Below, piece after piece: positions 19,657-27,740 of a stretch of DNA of 64,000 nucleotides (positions within the stretch are counted from its first letter, which is position 1; every line of letters begins with the position of its first letter). The DNA is taken from positions 3,040,001-3,104,000 of the forward strand of contig CAXXHB010000003.1 in the NCBI GenBank assembly GCA_963664815.2, given 5' to 3'. A program made the position numbers and the translations under genes. The stretch is from Spirochaetota bacterium (GTDB lineage: Bacteria > Spirochaetota > UBA4802 > UBA5550). Under the pieces are notes generated by a model that saw only the letters and a program-made list of their open reading frames with translations, was not told the DNA's origin and ran no database searches.

Positions 19657-20082
19657 TTAATCGAGCACCTTTAACCACGGGACAACCTTAAAACCTTTAT
19701 CAAGTGTTACTATTTCTGTTAATCCTTTTTCTTTCATTACAAGAGATATAAGACAATCATGGTAATTCAGGTTACCATTATATTTCATCATCATTTTGAT
19801 AATACTGTTATGTAAAGATTTTACCATAGTATATGCCCTGACCACCTCCATTGAACTCATTACAGGATCGATCTTCAAGGCTGCATCTTTGAAAGAATAT
19901 CCGTGTTGTTTACTTCTCCTGGCAATTACACTGTATACCTCATTTACTATACAATCCATTAATACAACCGGAATATTTTTATTTTCAATATTAATAATCA
20001 GGTTTAATGCTTTGTTATGATGAATATCTTTGTCATCAACAACAGCAACAATAATATTAGTGTCAACAATCAGTTTATTCAT
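19657..20082 (-). CDS. vapC: PIN-domain VapC toxin
   Basis: IVDTNII, IVNEVY, YHDCLI, TLDKGF acidic PIN residues. Confidence 0.88.
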   Translation of the reverse strand: MNKLIVDTNIIVAVVDDKDIHHNKALNLIINIENKNIPVVLMDCIVNEVYSVIARRSKQHGYSFKDAALKIDPVMSSMEVVRAYTMVKSLHNSIIKMMMKYNGNLNYHDCLISLVMKEKGLTEIVTLDKGFKVVPWLKVLD

Positions 20083-20281
20083 AAAGCTTTTCCGAATCTT
20101 TAACGCTGTCTCCTCCTATTGATATTAAACCGGATAATGATGAAATATTTTTAGATTCAGTTTTTCTTTCACGTGAATATTTTATCTCAACATTTCCATT
20201 TACAATTTTTTTTATTGATTCAAGTTTTTCTCTGTTAGCTTCTATTTCATTTTTATTTTTTACTGTGATTGTTACTCTCAT
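20075..20281 (-). CDS. Putative VapB antitoxin
   Basis: 68-aa gene overlapping the vapC start; has an AGGAG RBS. Confidence 0.7.
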   Translation of the reverse strand: MRVTITVKNKNEIEANREKLESIKKIVNGNVEIKYSRERKTESKNISSLSGLISIGGDSVKDSEKLYE

Positions 20282-20435
20282 AAAAACTCCTTAACTGAAC
20301 GTCTTAACCTGATATCAGGAATACTGAAATTTTATAATATTAAATGAATCCGGGTGAGTCAAGCAGGAATACGTTTTATTTCAGGCTGAAGCCAAAATTT
20401 GAAGGCCGGAGGAAACTGAAATCCTCACTTCAATC

Positions 20436-20533
20436 TTTGAACACGATTTAAGGATTTTGGGATTTATACGATTCAGAAGGAATACCCTATTACCAAATTC
20501 ATATAATCATTTAATCCCGTAATCGTGTTCAGA
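20436..20533. repeat. 98-bp GATT-periodic palindrome, copy 3
   Basis: Same as copies 1 and 2; also shares the flank AAACTGAAATCCTC(G/A)CTTCA with copy 1. Confidence 0.93.
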
Positions 20534-20688
20534 CAGTAATAAAATCGAGTTTCTATTTTTTTATTATTAATCTCTTAACTATCTGCGTTTATCCCTGCCT
20601 TTATCTGTGTTCATCTGTGGCTAATTCTTTTCTTGTTATCTGCAGCACCCATTGCTCATATCTATTTTGCATCAAGAAAATAAAGAAA

Positions 20689-20714
20689 ATCCCGCCCTCT
20701 GTTGAAGGCGAGAT
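20689..20714 (-). terminator. Probable intrinsic terminator after 20745-21359
   Basis: Stem ATCcCGCC/GGCGaGAT followed by a U-rich tract on the minus strand. Confidence 0.55.
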
Positions 20715-20744
20715 ATCATTGAAAAATATGTAATTAATTACCGT

Positions 20745-21359
20745 TTATTTTTTTCTCACAGCACAACCTGCCGAATCTGAAACAATTGCAGATACAGCCA
20801 TAACAGAATTACTCGCCACAACATATACGTTGTAATCTCCCGATGGATCAAATCCGGCCATAACAACAGGCATTGCCTTACCTGCCACATCAAATTTTGA
20901 GATAATAAATCTCCCGGCATCTTTCCAGACCTTGTTATGGATGAAAATGCTCACCTGTGCCGTTTCGGAATCCTTCTCAAATGTTACAGAAATCTCACCT
21001 GAAGGATTAATCGAAGCCTCACAATTAAAAGGTTTTGCCAGCCCGTTACCTCTGGATAACTCGAGCATACCACCGTCCCTCACAGCTTCATAATTTGTCA
21101 TTATAAACAAATTGTAACCTGTAAGCGGTTTCCCTTTTGATTGTAAATTCCAGGCGTTTCTTACCGGCTCGGGTAACTGCTTCCATAAATTCTGCATAAG
21201 TGGCAGCATCATTTTCACCCTGGCCTGTACGTCAGGATTTGCGTGCCTGGATTTTATTGTTCTTTTAGTGTTCTTTATCCCCTTCCGGTCCGTATAATCA
21301 ACGCCCCCGGTCACGCTGTCTATCACCTCAAGGATTGCCTCGAGTCTGATCTTAGTCAT
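20745..21359 (-). CDS. Hypothetical protein: basic N-terminal domain (DUF6266-like) plus beta-rich C-terminal domain
   Basis: AGGAGG RBS; WKQLPEPVRNAW...TGYNLF motif shared with 22254-22793. Confidence 0.7.
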   Translation of the reverse strand: MTKIRLEAILEVIDSVTGGVDYTDRKGIKNTKRTIKSRHANPDVQARVKMMLPLMQNLWKQLPEPVRNAWNLQSKGKPLTGYNLFIMTNYEAVRDGGMLELSRGNGLAKPFNCEASINPSGEISVTFEKDSETAQVSIFIHNKVWKDAGRFIISKFDVAGKAMPVVMAGFDPSGDYNVYVVASNSVMAVSAIVSDSAGCAVRKK

Positions 21360-22253
21360 TTTCTGCCTCCTGTTAAATTACTTTTACAGCTCTTATAAGC
21401 TTTTCCAGTAGGGTACCCTTTATTTCTTAAACGCGTTTACCTGCATATTAATAATCCGGCAGTTTCTTCATTCGGATATTCATAAAAATCTTTCCAGCAA
21501 CAGAAACAATGGAATATATATTATTCAGACACCGGACTTGAGTTATACGATCTGTTTCAGGATATCTATTGATTCAGATCATACCCAGCTAATATAAAAT
21601 CTTTACCAGAGATTAACTTCTCACATCACCTTACAGCATAAATCAACATTCATGCTCTTTAATATAATCTACACACAATAGAGCATAATATATTAATCAA
21701 CTCTTATTTTGAATTAATTAAATTTTTTATAAAAAAAATTAATATTACTAATTTAACTATTAAATAACAATAGAATATGTTTTTTAACCAGTTTTTCAGA
21801 TACCCAGGAAGCCTCCAGTGGGCTTTTATAATGCTCTTTGCTAACCTCTCCGGGGAAAAACCGATAGAGAAGTTAAGACTGTCAAATAATCCCGAACAGG
21901 ATTTTAAGGATTCCTGTGGAGTGGTATGGACGCGACATTCCCGTTTCGACTCCGCTCAACGGGCGATGCACGAATGAACTTTCTAAAATTTATGTACACC
22001 ACGCTCCCTGTAGTTTGACAGGCTCACCAACCCGGAGTCGAAGGGTGCCGTTAATGCAACTCTCTGAACACGATTACAGGATTAAAGGATTAACAGGATT
22101 ACCTGCAAACAGAGGTTACCGTACACGAACGTACTTACGTTGTGCATCAGGCAATTTACATGCAATACCACGACAGATTTATGACAAAATCCCGACTCTG
22201 TTTACAGAGTATTCAGTTTCGCTTTAATTTCGCTTCAAACACGTTACATACAG

Positions 22254-22793
22254 CTATAAACGCGCGTTTTTCTCTGTAGGTAACGGAGTTGGAACGGTAT
22301 TGAAACGGTTTTTAACAGGGTCTTCATACTGTTTAAATCCTGCTTTAACAGATTTACTTTTATCTTTTATCGCATAAATATTATTCTCCCCACCTGCCGA
22401 TCTGCTGTTTTCTGAATTGTAAACGGTATATTCTGCAACTTCAGCTGAAGCTGATACAACCGCTGCATCCCCTGTTCCGCTGCTTCCCGATGGTGTCACA
22501 GGGGAACCTGGAGCAATGCCGCGAAGGTATTCCGACATAAAAAGATTATACCCTGACTTTTTCTTTCTCTTTGCCCTGTTTCTATAGAGAGCCTTCTCCT
22601 CTTCAGGAAGAACCTGCCAGGCCTTTACGCCGCCGCCGAAATTACCCCTGCATTTCATCTGCGGTTCTGTGCGCGGATTAGCCGGTATTGTGCGTGCTTT
22701 AATGTAGATTTTGCCGTAACGACGGTAAAAAACAAGACCATCCAGACCACCATGCGCAGTTCTTAAATATGGATGAAGCTTCACTTTTGCCAT
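22254..22793 (-). CDS. Hypothetical basic protein (DUF6266-like N-terminus) with a low-complexity tail
   Basis: AAGGAG RBS; GLVFYRRYGK..PANPRT.PQ...WQVLPEEEKALY...SGYNLF. Confidence 0.75.
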   Translation of the reverse strand: MAKVKLHPYLRTAHGGLDGLVFYRRYGKIYIKARTIPANPRTEPQMKCRGNFGGGVKAWQVLPEEEKALYRNRAKRKKKSGYNLFMSEYLRGIAPGSPVTPSGSSGTGDAAVVSASAEVAEYTVYNSENSRSAGGENNIYAIKDKSKSVKAGFKQYEDPVKNRFNTVPTPLPTEKNARL

Positions 22794-22947
22794 AGATATA
22801 CACTCCTTTATTGCTGTTATATTTTATCGTTATTATAGAAACTTATGTCTCTATATAACCAGTGCGGAAAAACAAATGACATGGGGCAAGCAGAATTTTT
22901 AAAAATTTTTATATGTTAAAAACCCAGATTTATCAAAGGAGATATTT

Positions 22948-23221
22948 TGCCTTGCCCCTTCTGGGCGCCCGAGCGTAGCGACAAAGTACCCTTGGGGTAG
23001 GTGCGGGGCCAGAGAAGTCCAGGTTGCTGAAGGTATACTATACAGACAGTTCTGCCTTGCCCCTTCTGGGCGCCCAAGCGTAGCGACAAAGTACCCTCGG
23101 GGTAGGTGCGGGGTCTTAGAAGTCCAGGTTGCTAAAGGTATACTATAACAGACAGTTTTTCTTTGCCCCTCCGGGCGCCCGAGCGTAGCGACAAAGTACC
23201 TCCGGGGTAGGTGCAGGGTCT
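22948..23221. repeat. Three tandem ~105-bp GC-rich REP-like repeats
   Basis: GCCCCT..GGGCGCCC.AGCGTAGCGACAAAGTACC...GGGTAGGTGC at 22954, 23059 and 23165. Confidence 0.92.
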
Positions 23222-23471
23222 GATACCTCCAGTGCGGGGGCGGGGATTTCTGTCAATGTTTCACCATGTTCAATACAATACTTCAAACCTGGATTGAAGG
23301 GGGAGAATTAACCACATTTTTTTATTCTCCTTGACTTGAATATACAGAAGATAATAATGGGCCCGATTTGAACAGATTTAAATCAAAGAGTAATACAGCT
23401 AAATCGTGATGATATTTTGATGTGTATTTGTACTTTTTTAACATAATAAACCGATTTAAAGACAGAAACCA

Positions 23472-24749
23472 ATGAACTCAGCATTATATAAAATATTTTT
23501 TATTATTAAAGACAATCTTACCAATATTCTCCGATCTTTTATCTCAAGCTTCGGTATATTATTCCTTGTTATTTTCTTTGTCGTATATCTTGCAGTAAGG
23601 GATTCTGTCACAATATATATCAGCGGCTCTCTTCTTGATAAACTTGCAAGCGATGAGATAAAGATTCTTCCCGGAAACGTTAAAACTGTTGAGTTTGTGA
23701 AAAAACCGGGGTCAAAGGGAATGTCCTATCAGACCATAAACCAGATAAAAAAAATGCCGGAGCTGACCGCTGTTACTGCAATAAGCAGGGCTTCATTCAA
23801 TGTCCGCTTTAAAGCCGAGCTTCTCGGCAGAAGCAAGGCAATGTATGTACCTGTATGCGGTATTGAAAGGGAGCTTATTAAAGGAAAAGTGCCCGGCTGG
23901 AAAAACTTTTACAACCGAAAACCTGTACCGGTAATCATACCCCGGTTTTCCGTTGATATAATGAATAACTACCTCGCCATGGAAGACCTCCCCTCTTTTG
24001 CGGAAAAGGATCTTACAGGTTTCCCTGTGGAACTGAGATTTGCATCAGGTAAAAAAAACAGCCCGCAGTATAAAGAGATCGACTATAATGCCATTGTACA
24101 CAGCTTCACTGATATTATAAACTTTCCGGGACTGATTCTCCCGGCGGATTTTCTCATGGAGGTTTCCGAGCAGTTCAGGCGTGAAACAGGCCGTTCTGCC
24201 GGATTTGAGTATATTGTTGCATACGCCAAAATCAAAGACACCGGCAATCTTCCCTCCGTGGTAAACATTTTGAAAAAAATGGGGCTCAGGGTTGAATCAC
24301 AGAAAGATATAACTGAAAAGGCCGAGAAGACTCTAAGACTGATTGACGGCATGTTCTATGCAATAATGGGCGTTTTCTTCTTTGTATCTGCAATTTCAAT
24401 ATTCAATTCATACCTGACTATAGTTTATATAAGAAGCCAGAAGTTTTCCCTCAAGAGGGTTCTCGGTTTCTCCAAGCTGAGCATTCTTCTTTCATTTGTT
24501 TTTGAGGCTGCATTCATCGGGGCCATGTACGGCGTTGCCGGTTATTTCTGCGGCAACTACCTTATCTCGTATGCCGGAGAGATACTTGCAAAATGGGTTC
24601 CGGTACTCAAGTCCATAACAATCCAGGCAAGGGGTACCGATATTCTTCTTATGTGTGTAGGCCTCTCATCTGCGGTGAGCGCCGCTTCGGCTTTTGTCCC
24701 TGCAATATTCGCATCAAATATAAACCTGTTCAGAGCGGTAAGGAAATAG
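23472..24749 (+). CDS. ABC transporter permease (FtsX/MacB-type)
   Basis: One N-terminal TM, a large periplasmic domain, three C-terminal TMs, and LKRVLG...FVFEA. Confidence 0.85.
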   Translation: MNSALYKIFFIIKDNLTNILRSFISSFGILFLVIFFVVYLAVRDSVTIYISGSLLDKLASDEIKILPGNVKTVEFVKKPGSKGMSYQTINQIKKMPELTAVTAISRASFNVRFKAELLGRSKAMYVPVCGIERELIKGKVPGWKNFYNRKPVPVIIPRFSVDIMNNYLAMEDLPSFAEKDLTGFPVELRFASGKKNSPQYKEIDYNAIVHSFTDIINFPGLILPADFLMEVSEQFRRETGRSAGFEYIVAYAKIKDTGNLPSVVNILKKMGLRVESQKDITEKAEKTLRLIDGMFYAIMGVFFFVSAISIFNSYLTIVYIRSQKFSLKRVLGFSKLSILLSFVFEAAFIGAMYGVAGYFCGNYLISYAGEILAKWVPVLKSITIQARGTDILLMCVGLSSAVSAASAFVPAIFASNINLFRAVRK

Positions 24750-24750
24750 C

Positions 24751-25527
24751 ATGTTGCTTTCTATTGAAAATATATCTCTCAAATTCGGCAAACGTCATAT
24801 ACTCAACAATGTCTCCCTTAAAATTGATGAAGGGAAAATTATTGCCATTACAGGCAAGAGCGGCAGCGGAAAGACATCGCTCCTTGGAATAATTTCAGGC
24901 CTGCTTGATCCCGACTCCGGTACAGTTCTCTATAAAAAAAGAAATATTCTTAAATGGGGCGACTTCAGACGATCCCGTTTCAGGAACAGGGAGATCGGTT
25001 TCGTTTTCCAGTTTTTCAACCTTTTACCCGATATGACGTCGTACCAGAATATAAGGTACCCTACCATAATCAGGTTCTTTTCAAAGAATGTGGACAGGGA
25101 GATCCGTGACCTTGCACAGATTCTTAACATAGAGGAGATACTCGGCCAGAAACCATCAACACTTTCCGGTGGAGAGAGACAGAGGGTTGCCATAGCAAGG
25201 GCCGTTATAAACCATCCAAGGCTTATTCTTGCCGATGAGCCGACAGGGAATCTTGACAAAATTACGGCCCAGGAGATAAGGAATCTTTTTGTAAAACTGA
25301 AAGCCGAGGAGAATATGGCCATCATACTGGTTACCCATGACCAGAGCCTTGTTGATATTGCCGATGAACATTACCACCTAGAGAATGGAATCTTTACACA
25401 GATAGTAAAGGAAAAACCGGCAGCAAAGAGTGAGACAACAAAAATTGTTAAAGCAAAGACAAAACAAGCCAAAGTAAAAAATGCAGATGCTGCAGCTAAA
25501 GCTGTAAAGTCTTCAAAGAAAAAGTAA
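24751..25527 (+). CDS. ABC transporter ATP-binding protein (LolD-like)
   Basis: GKSGSGKT, LSGGERQRVAIARA, LADEPTGNLD; Lys/Ala-rich tail. Confidence 0.95.
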   Translation: MLLSIENISLKFGKRHILNNVSLKIDEGKIIAITGKSGSGKTSLLGIISGLLDPDSGTVLYKKRNILKWGDFRRSRFRNREIGFVFQFFNLLPDMTSYQNIRYPTIIRFFSKNVDREIRDLAQILNIEEILGQKPSTLSGGERQRVAIARAVINHPRLILADEPTGNLDKITAQEIRNLFVKLKAEENMAIILVTHDQSLVDIADEHYHLENGIFTQIVKEKPAAKSETTKIVKAKTKQAKVKNADAAAKAVKSSKKK

Positions 25528-25593
25528 GTAACCACATTTTACACAGCCTCCGTTCTGCCAGACACATCATCCGGTAAATTAACCTGTACCATA

Positions 25594-25770
25594 AGCCCCC
25601 TAAATCGGCAGGGGACTTAAAGACTGTTTTACAAATAAATATTTATCTGAAATAATACATTTATTATAGTAGTTAACGAAATAAATTCTATTTTTATAAA
25701 TAAAATTTGCCTGACACAAAAAATTTAATAACAGTATCTTCAAGTCCCCCGCCGGGGGATTTAGGGGGCT
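25594..25770. repeat. REPIN-like inverted pair (AGCCCCCTAAATC...GGGGACTT / AAGTCCCCC...GATTTAGGGGGCT)
   Basis: Inverted arms at 25594-25618 and 25742-25770 around an AT-rich spacer. Confidence 0.8.
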
Positions 25771-25780
25771 GCTGCCGGAA

Positions 25781-26264
25781 GATTATGGATCCACTGGCGA
25801 TGCAGAGGTTGTCGCCTGAAGATTATGGATCCACTGGTGATGCAGAGGTTGTCGCCTGAAAATTATGGATCCACTGGTGACGCAGGGGGTTGTCGCCTGA
25901 AAATTATGGATCCACTGGTGACGCAGGGGGTTGTCGCCTGAAGATTATGGATCCACTGGTGATGCAGGGGTTGTCGCCTGAAAATTATGGATCCACTGGT
26001 GACGCAGGGGGTTGTCGCCGGAAGATTATGGATCCACTGGTGACGCAGGGGCTGTCGCCTGAAGATTATAGATCCGCCGGTGATTTAGGGGGCTGCTGCA
26101 GGAGGTATATAGATCCACTGGTGATGCAGGGGCTGTCGCCGGAAGATTATGGATCCACCGGTGATTCAGGGGCTGTTGCCTGAAGATTATGGATCCACTG
26201 GTGACGCAGGGGCTGTCGCCGGAAGATTATAGATCCGCCAAGCGATTTAAGGAGCGTCGCCGGG
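25781..26264. repeat. Minisatellite, 12 units of 40-41 bp
   Basis: Consensus GATTATGGATCCACTGGTGA(T/C)GCAGGGG(G)TTGTCGCCTGAA; units are contiguous with no unique spacers. Confidence 0.95.
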
Positions 26265-26272
26265 TAAAACAA

Positions 26273-27361
26273 CTACTCGCTCTTAGTTGTTCTCTTCATC
26301 ATCTCTTTTAAATCAGATCTTGATGTCGCTGTCATTATTGTTCTTGATCTCCATTCACTGTCATTTTTAAGATAACCTGTCGAGAGACCGACTGCGTCAA
26401 ATGAATTTACCAGTCTTGTAATACCGTTTTTATCAACTATAAATTTTTTACCCGACGCAACGCAGTAGAGTTCGGAATTCTTTAAGAGAGTATCCACAAG
26501 ATCTTTTTCTTCAGTCCCCGATATTATACTCATGAATTTACCCGATTCGAATACTGCCATGTAACTGTAATTCCGGCCATAGAAAACCACTTTGTTGAGA
26601 TCTTTATTAATCTCAAAAGTCTCTCCGTCATTTACTATAATAAGATCACCCCTGTTGAAATATGGTTTTGCCATTGTCATGAAGAGTGTCAGCTTTACCG
26701 GATTCATATAGTGTTCCTTTATATAATCAAGATGCTTTTCACGTTTCTTCTTCTCTTCCGGGTCTTTGAGCGGTTTAAGCTTCTCTTTTTTCAGTTTGAT
26801 CAGGGCTTCCAGTTTAATGCCTGTAAACTTTTCTATTGATGTATAACCTGAATACAATACTGGGGGCTGCGTCACAGCTTCCCCCTCTTTTTTTATCTCA
26901 TTACTGTTTTTTTCAGCGGTACCTTTCTCAGTATCCTTTGTTTCACTGCTGCTTTTTTCTTCACTGATTTTTTCTTTGTTATTCAACCCTGATTTGTTAA
27001 GATCAGGATCCGTATAGACCGGTTCCGTGATGGAATTATATTCTTCATCAGAAATAAATGCTTCATCCTTAAAATCAGTTTCTGCAGATGGCAAAACCTT
27101 GTACCAGTACCTGACCCCCCTTTCGACAGTTATATCCTCAAATTTCGGGTCTGACGTCTGAGCTACTGTTACGAACCCGTTTGTTTTATTATCTGAACGG
27201 GTTACCGTAAATGTGACACCATCCTTTTTCTCCCACTCTACGATTATTCTGTCGCTGTAAATTCCCTGTGTTACAGTAACATTTTTAAGAGAGCGGAGAT
27301 GCGTATTGTTATCTCCGAAGAGAGTAACAGTAAATAACAGATTTATAATATTTATCAGCAT
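26273..27361 (-). CDS. Exported hypothetical protein with an N-terminal fibronectin-III-like domain
   Basis: VTQGIYSDRIIVEW...FEDITVERGVRYWYKV FN3-like pattern; charged linker. Confidence 0.65.
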   Translation of the reverse strand: MLINIINLLFTVTLFGDNNTHLRSLKNVTVTQGIYSDRIIVEWEKKDGVTFTVTRSDNKTNGFVTVAQTSDPKFEDITVERGVRYWYKVLPSAETDFKDEAFISDEEYNSITEPVYTDPDLNKSGLNNKEKISEEKSSSETKDTEKGTAEKNSNEIKKEGEAVTQPPVLYSGYTSIEKFTGIKLEALIKLKKEKLKPLKDPEEKKKREKHLDYIKEHYMNPVKLTLFMTMAKPYFNRGDLIIVNDGETFEINKDLNKVVFYGRNYSYMAVFESGKFMSIISGTEEKDLVDTLLKNSELYCVASGKKFIVDKNGITRLVNSFDAVGLSTGYLKNDSEWRSRTIMTATSRSDLKEMMKRTTKSE

Positions 27362-27393
27362 AGAAAACTCTTATACGTTTAATTTTCAACAGC

Positions 27394-27670
27394 AATTCCT
27401 TAACTTTTTTATAGTAGAAAATGCTATATTCTCACCTCTGCCTTCGTCGGCGGTGAGATACAATCGCTTATTTTCACTAAAATATATGTTAAGGATTTAA
27501 AATTGAAATTCAATATTAAAAAGGTATCATTTGTCAATACACAAATTTAAAATTTATAGTCAGTAATTTCCTTAAAGTATATTCTGATATAAAAAATAAA
27601 TACATTTTTCTGTGCCCTTCCGATGTATGACAGATGTAATCATTTCATATTATAAAAAAATTAAGGAATA
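27394..27670. mobile_element. Two 105-bp MITE-like elements (TIR AATTCCTTAAC): copy A 27394-27498 and inverted, decayed copy 27566-27670
   Basis: TIRs TTCCTTAA/TTAAGGA. Copy A has the central TCTCACC...GGTGAGA hairpin also seen at 51.7, 52.0, 57.2 and 63.0 kb. Confidence 0.7.
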
Positions 27671-27740
27671 ATTACTGGTTTATTGTGTATATTATATTTA
27701 AATTTATTTAAAGCCGTAATTTAACTATGGAAACTTATTA

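Noticed and set aside
17432-20533. Canonical integron attC sites
   Set aside because: Ends are TGAAC/GTTCAGA rather than RYYYAAC/GTTRRRY and there is no intI in the window. Kept as a non-canonical finding instead.
21777-22227. ORFs 21777-21977 and 21916-22227
   Set aside because: They run through repeat fragments and have no RBS or recognisable motifs.
15358-23300. Prophage or IS-bounded island
   Set aside because: No integrase, transposase, terminase, recognisable capsid gene, tRNA target or att-like direct repeats were found.
25781-26264. Possible CRISPR array
   Set aside because: Units are contiguous with no unique spacers and there are no cas genes. It is a minisatellite, and the 25890-26183 ORF is a by-product of it.
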